DNA of 60,183 nt, filler included, from Dugesia japonica (lineage: Eukaryota): the NCBI GenBank assembly GCA_001938525.1. It is 6 parts of 6 records of this genome, joined end to end, with 100 filler letters (N's around TTAATTAATTAA, not from the genome) between each part and the next. Parts side by side here need not be neighbours in the genome. Positions count along the whole stretch, not along the records: positions 1 to 11,261 come from MQRL01498440.1; 5 more parts are not named here. One strand, 5' to 3'. Positions 1 to 11,361 of the stretch are shown here, in pieces; position 1 is the first letter of the stretch; every line of letters begins with the position of its first letter. The notes beneath the pieces were generated by a model. It did not search any database. It was not told where the DNA came from and saw nothing but the letters and a program-made list of their open reading frames with translations. A program made the translations under genes and the position numbers.

Positions 1-35
1 ATTAAAAATTCAATTAAATTGATAACATTATTTAT

Positions 36-401
36 TTACTGGAAAATATGTGGTGGTGGCATTTGATTTTGAATATTCATGAGTGGATTTTGCTGAGCCA
101 AAAATGAATTCTGAATATACGATTGATCGGTTATTTCCTTTACTTGTTTAACATACATAACCCCATTTACAGTAGATGCAACAGGGAAAAAAGATGTCGG
201 ATCAATAATTGGATTAATCAGAGTTCGAGAAAAGTTAGCCAATTCTTCATCAACCATTTTCTGAGCTCTTTTTTTCATTATATCTACGTAATAAGCTTGA
301 TAATTTTCCAAATGAAATTTTCCGGATAAATGAGTTTTTCTAACGGATGGTGAATCGTGAGTGAGATACATATCACAGTAGTCACAATAATATTTAGGCA
401 T
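36..401 (-). CDS. SNRPC: U1 snRNP-specific protein C (U1C), intronless, 121 aa
   Basis: N-terminus [30 protein letters not shown] is the U1C matrin-type zinc finger; short Gln/Pro-rich tail. Confidence 0.96.
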   Translation of the reverse strand: MPKYYCDYCDMYLTHDSPSVRKTHLSGKFHLENYQAYYVDIMKKRAQKMVDEELANFSRTLINPIIDPTSFFPVASTVNGVMYVKQVKEITDQSYIQNSFLAQQNPLMNIQNQMPPPHIFQ

Positions 402-1206
402 TTTATTGAATATTTATTTTAATTTATTATTTTATAAACAAATATGTTCTTTAAATAATTTTCATGTTTTAAATATTTTTAAAATAAATTTTTAAAAATT
501 TAAATATTCTCTTATTTTACTACTAAAAGAATCCGAATTCGTAACTAATACTTTTTCTACAATACTTTCTATTTTTTTTTCAATTTCTCGAATATCACAT
601 AGAATCGAGAGTAAGCAGATATAATAAAATTACAATTTAATAAATTTCCATTTTCAATTTAATATTTATAAAATTTTAAATAATCAAATAAATATTTAAT
701 TTCCTTATTTTGTGAATTTATCTGTAACTATATAAATAATTTTCTACGTCTGTATGAATGTGAATTTTTTGAAATATTCGAGTTATAAAAGTTCGAGATA
801 AATTTTAATTTTTAAAAATTTTTAATAGTTAAAATAAATAATTTTTTGAAATTATTTCAAATTTGGAAAAAAATTTTTTTTATAATTTTGTTAAAACATT
901 TTTAGATATTTCTGATTATGTTAACAAAGAGGTATTAAATTAAAAAATAAAAGCTCTTTTTAAAATAATAAAAATCCGTCAGTTTTAATGCATTTTTATG
1001 AAAATTGTAGAAAAAGGAAAATTTCAAATATTATAACATTAATAATTTAATATTTTATTTCCTGTTTGTGAATTTATATTGTGTATAAATGGAAATTTTA
1101 AACATTTTTTTGTAATTGTGAAAATCCAGAAAAATTTAAAAAATCTAATATATTTATAATTTCCTGAATCTATGAATTTATCTGTAACGCTTTATATCCA
1201 TATAAA

Positions 1207-1620
1207 CAGTGCTGCAAAAGTCGTGAACTATAGCAAATTTTAAGAAAAAAATTAATTTTCTATTTTTTTATGGTTTATCATATTTATTGTTACTTTTTAA
1301 ATATTTATTATAAAATATTTGAAAATTTTAATTGATATTTAAAACTCTTAAATTGTGGAAGTGAAATTTACAAAAAATGAAATAATCATAGGAAAGCGTT
1401 CTTAATTTCAAAAATACCAGTATATTACAATAAATTTCCAAACTGTTGACCCTGAACTTCTAAACACTTTTGAATTCGGCCTACACAAAAAGTTTGAACA
1501 TTCTGCAACAATTGGACATTGAACTCGGCGCTTTCCAATATTATTCTATCTTTAAAATATAAGACGTTTCGGATCATCTTTAACCAAGTTGTTCAAATCA
1601 AAAGCATGATAAAAATTTAA
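1207..1620 (-). mobile_element. Tc1/mariner-superfamily remnant (transposase C-terminus plus one putative TIR)
   Basis: Minus-strand translation of ~1429-1560 gives FKDRIILESAEFNVQLLQNVQTFCVGRIQKCLEVQGQQFGNLL*, a typical ITm C-terminus; CAGTGCTGCAAAAGTCGTGAAC at 1207 resembles a Tc1-like TIR. Confidence 0.5.
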
Positions 1621-1806
1621 ATTAAAAAATTACAAACACAATAGAAAATCTATAAATTTATTAAACAAAAAATTATTGCAAAATCCAATTTAGATAAAAT
1701 AAAATATTTCACTAAAGGTTCGTTCAAACTCGATATTCACAAGTGATGTATTGCATGTCGCATCGTTTTCGATGAATCATCAAAGGAATACCAATCAGCT
1801 GATAAA

Positions 1807-3495
1807 TTAGAGGCCTACTTTTAACTGAAATTTGTGAAATTTATTGAAATTTTCAATAAATAGTAATTTGTGGTTAACGGTTAGATGAATGTCATTTTTA
1901 TCATTCGCTAATTTAGTATAAGATTTCCATTCATCACTCATTATGATAGAACCTTTCTGAACAGTAGCCCTTATAATGGGTAATAATGTGGTAGCTGTTC
2001 TGTTCACTACTAATTGCAAAAATATTAGGTTGGTAAAAAAATAATTGCAGTTTTTAACATATTAAAGTAAAAGCAAAAATCTCGAAAATTATAAAGATAA
2101 TTTTTTCAAAATATGAACCATTACAATCAATACATTTCTCCCAATGAGAAATAAGTTTATTTATGCCAATAGAATAGAAATCGGCTGTCCTGGATTCGAT
2201 GAACTTGAGGAAGGCATTTTTAACATCGTATTCGTTATACAAGACATTCTCTTGAAGAAAATTGGAGAGATGATAAAAAAATGATAGTCGGTTAGCTACA
2301 GGTTTGGGGAGTATGATGGATGAGGCAGACTTTCAAATCCTAAATCATTTAGTTTGTGCAGGTATAGTTTTGCGACGTGTGGACGGGAATTGTCGTGAAG
2401 AATAATGGGATGTTTTCTGTTAACTAATGCAGCGCACATAGATTTCAATTTGCGGTTGATTTCCCCCATTTCTTGACAATATTTTTCTGCCGTCATAGTT
2501 TCGCCTTGATTTAAAAAGTTGTAATGAACTAGACCGGCTGTGGATCACCAAACCGTCATCATTGTTTTCTTTTGTTGCAATTTCGGCTTTGGAAAATGAT
2601 ATGGTGGTTCGCCTTTGTTCAACCATTGCGAGGCCCGCTTTCTTTTGCCGTATATAATACATTTTTCGTGGCAACTTACAATACAATCAAGAAAAGAATT
2701 GGTTTTATTTCTAAACAGATTCTCCTAGCAGATCTCGTTACGGCGATTTTTCTGAAAATCGTTCAAGTCATGAGAAACCCAATTATCGAGCTTCCATACT
2801 TTTCCAAGTTGATGGAGATGGTATAAAGCTGTTATATGACTTACGCCTAAATTCTTCTCAAGCTCCCGAGTTGTTGCGCGTAGACCTGCTTCAATCATAA
2901 CCTTCAAATCGTTCTTGCTAACTTCTGATGGACTTCCCCGGCCTTTGGTATCTTCAAGGCTCTCATCTCTACTCCAGCATTTTTTAAACCAAAATTACAC
3001 CGTTCTTTCTTTTGCAATTTTATTGCGGAATGAGTTATTGACTTTCCGAGTCGTCTCCGCTGCTTTAGATCCCAGTTTAAATTCATATAGGAATATTGCT
3101 CGTATTTGATATTTATCCAACATAACTTGCAAAAATAATATTTAACAATAAAATAGTAATAAAAATAAAATATTACTTGTACAATAAAGAATTGAATATC
3201 CGCTTCAAAATGACATATAGATTAATATAGTAAAACAAATGTTTCTTTTAAATAATGACTTTTAAAGTTATATTATATAAAACCGCAATTATTTTCTTAC
3301 CAACCTAATATATTTGCATTAGTCGCATCATCAACAATGCCAAAAACTCACAACTAATTTTCAGGAGCACGATCTCTGTGATATCTTAAAAAATGGAAAC
3401 AAATTAAAATTAAATAAGGAAAAGAAATTACCGAAATAAAGATTCATATGTTTAGATGATTCGTTGTTCTCCACCCAAGACAATCGGCTATTTGG
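1807..3495 (-). mobile_element. Merlin/IS1595(ISXO2)-like transposase pseudogene, interrupted by a mariner
   Basis: LGGEQRII*TYESLF (~3433-3485), YHRDRAPEN*L*VFGIVD (~3330-3384), then after the mariner LQLVVNRTATTLLPII...IMSDEWKSY...HLTVNHK: IS1595 DDE motifs. Confidence 0.85.
2025..3308 (-). mobile_element. Full-length (1284 bp) decayed mariner, cecropia/Hsmar1-like
   Basis: TIRs TTAGGTTGGTAAAAAAATAATTGCAGTTTT / AAAACCGCAATTATTTTCTTACCAACCTAA, TA duplication at both ends; fragmented transposase with WVSHDL, LHDNSRPH, HPSYSPNL and WEKCIDCNGSYFE motifs. Confidence 0.95.
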
Positions 3496-3496
3496 A

Positions 3497-3715
3497 AAAA
3501 TAGTTTTTTTATTTGTTAAAATAGTTTTTTTATTTGTTAAAATAGTTTTTTTATTTGTTAAACGAGTTTTTTTATTTGTTAAAATAGTTTTTTTATTTGT
3601 TAAAATTTTTTTTNNNNNNNNNNNNNNNNNNNNNNNNNNNNNNNNNNNTTTTTTTATTTGTTAAAATAGTTTTTTTATTTGTTAAAATTTTTTTTATTTG
3701 TTAAAATAGTTTTTT
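3497..3715. repeat. ~21-bp tandem repeat (AAAATAGTTTTTTTATTTGTT)
   Basis: Directly visible units spanning a small gap; explains the spurious KIVFLFV ORF. Confidence 0.9.
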
Positions 3716-6135
3716 TCAAAATAAGATGATCCGACGTTTCTAGGATGGTTTACTAACAAAATGGACTTCAGTAAGTACTACAGAATAAAAGTTGAGAAGT
3801 GTCTAGATGGTAATTTTACAGTACCACGCTACTCTATCCACTTGTTCAGAAATAATATATTCAAAATATTTCCCACCAATAAATAACCACATATTCACTC
3901 GTTTCGCAATTGACATTTTTTTAAAATTGGCATTAAGATCCCAGTTTAAATTCATATAGGAATATTGCTCGTAAATTGGCATTAACTTCAAATAATATAG
4001 ACCGATAAGCTGTTTACCCACAATGTAACTCACACCGATACTTTAAGGTCATGTTGCAAATGAATTGCCTTCATCCAATGAAAGTTGACGTCAGACCAAT
4101 AACGTACATTATGCCTATTTACGTGAACAATGAGGTGAAGTGTTGCTTCGTCCCTGAAAATATTGTTTGAGATGAGATTTCGCGGTTTCCAGAATCATTC
4201 ACAGAATTCCATACAACGATCCGTATTCTCACGATGAAATTCCTGAACAAGATTCAAGCAATTACGTTTCCTATGTCTGTATTTATGAATATAGAAATGC
4301 TCGAGTTATACAGATTTGTATAAATTTTAATTTTTAAAAATTTTACAAGTTAAAATAAAATTTATTTCAATAATAATAATATTTCATATTATTTTAATAT
4401 GACTTTTAAAAGTTTTACCGAATTATTCATAATTTAATGCGTATTTGTAAACGAAATCTAAAAATATTTAATAACAAATTTTAATATTTGAAAAACTTTC
4501 AAAAGTTTAACTAAATTTTTAAAAAAATATATATATAAATTTCAGAGTTTGGGTACAATAATTTTTAAAAATTTAGTTAAATTTTTGAAAGTTNNNNNNN
4601 NNNNNNNNNNNNNNNNNNNNNNNNNNNNNNNNNNNNNNNNNNNNNNNNNNNNNNNNNNNNNNNNNNNNNNNNNNNNNNNNNNNNNNNNNNNNNNNNNNNN
4701 NNNNNNNNNNNGGTTAGCTTAGCTAAATTTTTTTTGTTAACGGATAAATAGACTTTTTATTTATCAAATTTATAAAAGCTATTTGCTAAATTGCTTTTGT
4801 TATGAGTACATTAATCTTATTCATAGTATTTCTACTAAAGAAACAAGAGATTTTTAGAAAAATCCAAATGGTAACTTTTTATATTAATTGGTCTTCTTAT
4901 GAAAATGAGTTTTTGACAAAATTGCTAAAAATTAGTAAAATTGGTAAAAATAAGAGTGTTGGAATTGTCAAAATAACGGTTAATGGGTATTTGAATAAGT
5001 TGAGGATAAAAAAGAAAATCCGATTAACCGTGGCTGTTTGTGTGAAATACAAGTACCGTTACTAAATGATGAAATTTACTCGCAATTTTAGTTCGGCAAA
5101 AATTCATAATTCATTATAAGAACATTAAATGTTACTCATCTTCTTTTAATTTACTCTAATTATTCTCATTTTCAGATTGAAAATTAAAAAAATTCAAAAA
5201 TTACGGGCGCAAAATAAACTTGTTAATATATAATTTCCTACATCTATGTATTTGTTTTTTACGCTTTAAATTATACAATAATTTTAATTTTAAAAAAGTA
5301 TAGATATACTAGCTTAGTAGTAAGATGGTAGCTCATTGTATCACTCCTTGCGTAAAAAGTGATCTGTTCTTTTCCAATGTAAATAGGCGGTGGCACACAT
5401 TTTTGTGTTATTACGTAAGTGATCTATGATTTTGTAATGTAAATAGCCGACGAGCAAAATTTATGTGCGATTTCATAACTTTTGCTCGTACTTTTTGTGT
5501 GCCTGGATTTTTTCAAATTTTTAATTTTACGCAAATTTTTTATTTTCAGTTATTTTAAAATTATTTAAATTTATATAGGGAATTTTTCCTTGTTTAAATA
5601 TTTCAATTTAATTTATAATAAACATTAATATTTTAAATCTTATAAAACTTTTAGAAATAAGAAATTATTATTATAAATTATAAACAAATATTATAAATAA
5701 GAAACACATAATGAATACAACATATAACATACATAATTTTAAATANNNNNNNNNNNNNNNNNNNNNNNNNNNNNNNNNNNNNAAATAAGAAATTTCAATA
5801 TAGTATTATATAAGAATTTTAATTAGGTTAAATTTTATCCGGTCAATTTTAATTTTAACAGGTAAATTTTAGTGTTTATTTTTCCAATGGTATTTAATTT
5901 TCTAAATATGACTTTAGTAGTTTATTTTAGAATTTTAAGATAGATTGATTTTTTCCTTTATAATTTTAATAAGTTAATTTTCAAGTAGTTGATTTTAAGT
6001 ATTAAATTTTTTATTTTATAATTTCTAGTGGTTAATTTTCAAGTAATATATTTTAGAATTTAATTTTTAACACAGTTAATAATAAAAAGTAAATAACAAG
6101 TCGAAGAATTTTTCATAAAATACATTTATTAACAA

Positions 6136-6480
6136 TCACATGAATACAATTTTAATGCTGATATTTTCAACCACAATGCTGCTTTCTTCACCACAATAAA
6201 CAATGTTGATCACAAGTTGTAGTGAATGGATCTTGAAATCTAATTTTGTTAAATACAATTGGTTTCGATGATCTTGATAGATGCGAGACCAACATTGATG
6301 AATAATAAAATCCAAATTGTAAACCACTAACCAATGTTCTTTTCCGAGATTTGATGTTTGCGTATTGACGACAATAGCTTTATTAACAGAAATAAATTGA
6401 AGCTTATCCAATGGATACACACCGAGAAACTCTGATTCAAGCCATTCTTTTCCGAATTTATCTAACTGAATTGAACTAAT
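6136..6480 (-). pseudogene. Adenain-like cysteine protease (Polinton PRO)
   Basis: FLGVYPLDKL...AIVVNTQTSNLGKEHWLVVY matches the adenain IxNTD...GxHW motif. Confidence 0.85.
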
Positions 6481-6551
6481 TAAATAATTGATGAACTAAA
6501 TAATAAAAACTTACTTCATCTTTAGTTAAAAATACATGTCATTGAGATTGT

Positions 6552-7345
6552 TTAAGCTAATATTGTTATGCTCGATGTAATTTGGATCTCGTTTTCAAAA
6601 AATCCATAAATTATTACAGATGTGGGTACACTCACAACAGTTCTTAGTTTAATATCTAATCTCATATTTCCTTGTAGAGGAAATTGACTCTGATTAATAT
6701 CAAAATCTTGAGCAAGTACAAATGTAAAAAAATGGATATTTATTCTTAAATTCATCCAGTGTTATTTCACACTTCAAATTTTGTTAGATTGCATGTAAGA
6801 TGTGCTAAAATTATCGTTTTCAAAATCTTAAACATGGCTCTCGATAATCAATGTTTTTAGATAAAGTTATAGATTTGGCATTGAAATGTTTAAATGTTGG
6901 ACTAGAGCTTCTATAACTTTCATTATATTGTTCTCCACTTTGAAATGTTACCAACAAAAAGTTAGGCAATCAACGATCTTCAAAGATTTGTTCCTTATAA
7001 AACGATGTACTATCTCTACTAAATGCATAAGCAACAATTCACTTGCATCTTATTGGGTAACTGCATTTTGCTTCTTGAATCCAATTTGATGTCTTGTCAG
7101 TACCGACAATTCAATTCGAACTTTTCTAACCATCAATTTTGCATAAAGTAATTGATATTCAGTTTCATCCTTTACAGATTTTAAACATAGTCTAGAAGTT
7201 GCTCTTTTCATTCGAATGTGAGCATTAACACTAGGAATAAGATATTTTGGTTGATCCATGAAATCAAGTTGCAATGATCCACATAGAGACAATGCTTTCG
7301 AGCCTTTAATAGACTTTTTTCTATTTTCCTTATCTCCATATCTAA
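6552..7345 (-). pseudogene. Polinton major capsid protein (C-terminal part, frameshifted)
   Basis: SLCGSLQLDFMDQPKYLIPSVNAHIRMKR, AKLMVRKVRIELSVL, YKEQIF, GNMRLDIKL...IIYGFFENEIQIT. Confidence 0.85.
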
Positions 7346-7684
7346 TTCATTATCATGATGTATCAATTTAATATGCATGTATTCTTTTTCATATATTTGA
7401 ATAACATCGTCATCAATAGTACTCAATCATTTTTCTTTATTTTCAATTGTAACAATTATTTCCTGTCATGAATCTTTTCCTGTTTCATATTCAATATTTT
7501 ATTTGTTATATAATTGAAAGGGAGAATATATAAAGGTGAAATCCATCAAAACTATTTCCAAACTTCTGACCAAATACATAGGATTTTGAAGCTCTACAAT
7601 GAAACTACTAGCTTTATTATCCGGATGAATAAGTGGACAACTATTACTCAGTAAAAGTGTATAGAAATTATTCGTTGTATTCAT
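7345..7684 (-). pseudogene. Polinton minor capsid (penton-like) N-terminal part
   Basis: NFYTLLLSNSCPLIHPDNKASSFIVELQNPMYL...EIVLMDF matches the adintovirus penton FYxTLPSN...PDN...F...L N-terminus. Confidence 0.8.
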
Positions 7685-7699
7685 TTAACTAAACGAGAT

Positions 7700-9500
7700 G
7701 CTAATATTCAAGTAGTTTTTTCGAATCCATGCCGCTTTACACAGTATTGTTTATGTTCTCCAGTTCCTTTTGATCTGATAATTTTTTCTATTCTAAATAC
7801 TGTTGGTGGTGGAATCACTTGTAATTCCTACTTATAAATTTTTCCTGCTATGATATTATCTTCATATTCTTTAATTACATACATGATTGGATTCTGTTTG
7901 GTATTGATTTTCGTTATTTGAAACACTTCATTGCTCCAATTACTATTGAAATTCTTCATGAATGGTGAAGCTGATATTTTTGATATTTTTACATGATCAC
8001 CAACTTTATATTTAAGTTTCTTGATTGCTTTTGTATCTTGTTTAGATAGCCATAGTTTTAAAGAATTATCAGATGATATATCAACGGGTCTTGCTCAATT
8101 CAATCTTTTTTGACTTTTATGATTATAACTATCAATTATCTATGATGAGACGTGTATCCAGGTTTTATTACCAGTATATATGCAAAGTACTTTTTCAATG
8201 CATCTCTCAATGTTAGATTAAATATTTCAACATATGCTGCTTTGTATTGTGAGATTAAAGAATAATGCTTGATGTTGGGTATGTAACTCAACAAAATATT
8301 TATGGTTCGTTCTTTTACTTGTGTGTAATTGGTTTTATTGTCTGTTGGGATTTATATGTAAATACTGTACTATATACGAAATATATTATTCAAATATAAA
8401 TACGTGATATCGTGTGATTAGCCTTATTTAAATTGAAAATAAATTAACAACCTTTTGAAATATTTTATTTATAGTCAACTAATCGCTGTAATTTATTGAA
8501 GCAGAGAAAAGGCCAGCCGTAGAGACAGGTTTTCTCAGTTCACAAGTTGCTGAAATTTTACAAGAAACCATCAGTATTTATACTGATTTCTAAACTACAT
8601 ACATGTCAATCATTTCAAATCATTATTAAAATAAATCCATTACAACTAAAATTATTCATAAAATATTTATAAATTTTCAAATTTTTTCAATAAACAAATC
8701 CATTACAGATAAAGTTATTTATAAAATATTCACATAGTGTTAATAAATTCATAAATAGAATAATTAACAAATCTATTACAGATAAAGTTATTTATAAAAT
8801 ATTCACATAGTGTTAACAAATTCACAAATCGAATATAATATTAGTAAAATAATGTCAAAAGAAAATAATATAAAACGTAACAATCAAGATTGAATAATGT
8901 CAATGATAATGTTAAATCANCTATCAAAACACGATTAAATCCAAGGATTAATATTGAAGTCTGCATCATCTGATTGATTTGATTCATTCTGGACTCTTCA
9001 TCTCTAATTATTTTGTATGTCTACATGTTTACTTTGTGCATGTGTACTTTGTATTTGTTGTTTGCATATGTTAATAACTCAACATTGATCTTGAAATGTG
9101 AAATACTATTCTTGACTTTTGAATTAAAGAATTCCTTTATAAATTCAGCTTGTAAATTGTCTGGATGTCAATGTTTAAATAATGTTTATAATTAAGCTTC
9201 CATATCATTAGCAAATTTTGATTTGACTGGAACAGCTCTTGCAACTCTACTAAATACATCAACATATGTTAGAATATACTTATTTCCTTTCTTAATTTTT
9301 GAATATGTAATCATCTCTATTAAATCCATATGCCATTAATCATCAATACCAAATGTTTTATACAATCTTGTTGGAAATCTTTTCAGTATTGGTTTGTTAA
9401 CCACTTTTTTGTCTCTTCTTTTGAATTTTTTTGTTTTCATTGGTGTTTCTAATCCTTTGAATCCTTCTGGATTTTTTGGGTCTGTCCATATTGTTTCCAT
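7700..9500 (-). pseudogene. Polinton retroviral-like integrase with C-terminal chromo-like region, split by a solo LTR
   Basis: KPILKRFPTRLYKTFGIDD*WHMDLIEM, YILTYVDVFSR, KAAYVEIFNL, YKVGDHVKISK, NWSNEVFQI, FRIEKII. Confidence 0.85.
8273..9084. mobile_element. Solo LTR (812 bp) inserted in the Polinton integrase
   Basis: TGTTGGGT...ACTCAACA termini with 4-bp TSD TTGA (8269-8272 / 9085-9088); internal ~70-bp direct repeats. Confidence 0.8.
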
Positions 9501-9579
9501 TACAACAGTTTAAAATAGATTTCAGATAAATATGTGACAATGATTTTAAATTACCCATTGTTTATATCAAATTTATAAG

Positions 9580-9882
9580 TTATAATGCTGCTAATGCGAT
9601 TGGTAGTAATGCCGCAAGAGATTCACTTGTTTGTTTATACATTATTTTTCTCGTTAATCTCTTTTTCTTTGTATTAACAAGGGAAACCAACAATCTTTTA
9701 TGACGCTGTAATGCCAACTTTTTCTCTTTGCATAGAATTACATTACCAAGAACAATATATACAACAATTTTTAATAAATCATTAATAACAAACTTTGGAA
9801 ATGACTGTAACATTTTCATTGTCGACTCTTGTGGAGTCTTTAACAATAATTTTAAATAAGAAAGACTTTGTTGAAATGACAT
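9580..9882 (-). CDS. Conserved small basic Maverick/adintovirus protein (putative core protein)
   Basis: IVLGNVILCKEKKLALQRHKRLLVSL...KQTSESLAALLPIALAAL resembles the GNVPL...LxRHK...QxGGFLxxLL family; located between ATPase and integrase. Confidence 0.65.
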   Translation of the reverse strand: MSFQQSLSYLKLLLKTPQESTMKMLQSFPKFVINDLLKIVVYIVLGNVILCKEKKLALQRHKRLLVSLVNTKKKRLTRKIMYKQTSESLAALLPIALAAL

Positions 9883-10258
9883 AATATTTTTTAATTAACA
9901 CATTTATAGATTGTTTATAGCTTTATCCATTTCCCAGTTGATTGAATCTTTATCTTTTCATTTTTCTTTGAGTCTCTCTTTGATTGTTTTTTACTCTTTT
10001 TTTCTTGTTTGCAATCTTTGAATGTTTTTTCGTAATCTTTGATAATGTCTTTTATTGTTTCCTTGATTGACTTTTTATAGATGTTTTTATTGTTCTCTTT
10101 ATTGACTTTTTATTGCATTCTTTATTAAATTGATATCACTTGGAATACTTACATCATTGTTGACTTAATTGTTTATTTCTTCAACTTTCTTGGTTTGATT
10201 AATCCTTTTTGGATCAGCTAAAACTTTACTAAATTTAAACATTTGTAAATATTTCAAC

Positions 10259-10884
10259 TTACTTTAATTTTTTATGTACTGTAACATCTTTTGGATTAAA
10301 AATATCAGTTTGAACTCTTAAATCATCTGGACATTGCTGTGTAAAATTCAGAAAATTATATCCACGTGGTTTTGCTGTTGCATCTTTAAATGAATCCAAT
10401 AGAAATCGTCTATTATTTGGATACGCTTGTCTTACTAGTAAATCAACAATAGTTTGATCTCTTGAGTTTTTGATTATAACCAAGTATTGCACATTTAAAT
10501 TACGATTTCTATGATCACTTCAATGATGAAATAGATTTTATGTAATGAATAGCACAGTAACACCACAATTTCTCTATATTTTTGTGAATAAATTACTCAA
10601 GTCTTTTTCTTGTTTGCTTTCTGGTACAGATCATCAACAACAATAACAACACCGTTAGTTAATCTCTTGATCCAATTTATATCGAATCCATTTATAATAG
10701 TTATTTTTATACCACTGAATTCAGATTGAGTCAATCTATGCTTTTCATCTGCTTCTCTATGCCAATATATTTTGTTGAATTTTGACTTGAATAAATTCGA
10801 TTTCAACAATCTCCTCACAAACAGAGTTTTTCCTCTACCACTTGGACAAACAATTTGATAGACTGCATCATTTCTTAACTCCAT
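10259..10884 (-). pseudogene. FtsK/A32-like DNA packaging ATPase (Polinton), frameshifted
   Basis: Walker A-like CPSGRGKT, Walker B VIVVDDL, QYLVIIKNSRD, DATAKPRGY. Confidence 0.88.
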
Positions 10885-10974
10885 TATAATTTATGCTTGT
10901 TTAAACGTATCACTTTAATTATTATTGTTTATAGATGTATAAATACCCTTTTTAATATTATCTATTAGTCATAA

Positions 10975-11201
10975 ACAAGAATAGCAAATATTAATTACAG
11001 TTGAAAATGGATCAAGAAGTTGTCAACAAAATGAAATTTCCAATAGGAAAACTAGCTCAAGTTGTGGAGAAAACTGACAAGTATACTCTTGTTTTCTTCC
11101 AAACCGGAAACTGTAAAATCATGGGGTGCAAGAAGCCAATAAAACCAAAGAAATTACAATACAATATCAAAATTATTCAATTACAGTCGCTAGCAATTGT
11201 A

Positions 11202-11204
<3 letters not shown>
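10975..11204 (+). pseudogene. TATA-binding protein (TBP)-like ORF, divergent from the Polinton ATPase; truncated by (GAT)n and scaffold end
   Basis: YTLVFFQTGNCKIMGCK resembles the TBP repeat core T(A/L)LIFxSGKxVxTGAK; upstream out-of-frame RIANINY and downstream IQLQSL resemble the xQN starts of the two TBP repeats. Confidence 0.6.

Positions 11205-11261
<57 letters not shown>
11202..11261. repeat. (GAT)n microsatellite
   Basis: About 20 units ending the scaffold. Confidence 0.97.
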
Positions 11262-11361
11262 NNNNNNNNNNNNNNNNNNNNNNNNNNNNNNNNNNNNNNN
11301 NNNNNTTAATTAATTAANNNNNNNNNNNNNNNNNNNNNNNNNNNNNNNNNNNNNNNNNNNN
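11262..11361. other. Artificial scaffold-joining spacer N44-TTAATTAATTAA-N44 (also 23344-23443, 31773-31872, 40874-40973, 50582-50681)
   Basis: Identical 100-nt six-frame-stop linker occurs five times. Confidence 0.97.

Larger units (their letters stand above)
5316..11201. mobile_element. Maverick/Polinton (adintovirus-type) remnant: one end plus morphogenesis/integration module
   Basis: AGTAGTAAGATGG terminus-like motif at 5316, followed by minus-strand protease, major capsid, minor capsid, integrase, small basic protein and packaging ATPase; all decayed; truncated by scaffold end. Confidence 0.9.

Noticed and set aside
1555-1590. CGAAACGTC hammerhead-like half motif on minus (also ~3735)
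   Set aside because: No CUGANGA core or stem I
11262-11361. Recurring TTAATTAATTAA between N runs as a biological motif; Polinton-gypsy fusion across it
   Set aside because: Fixed 100-nt artificial linker; the flanks are different scaffolds
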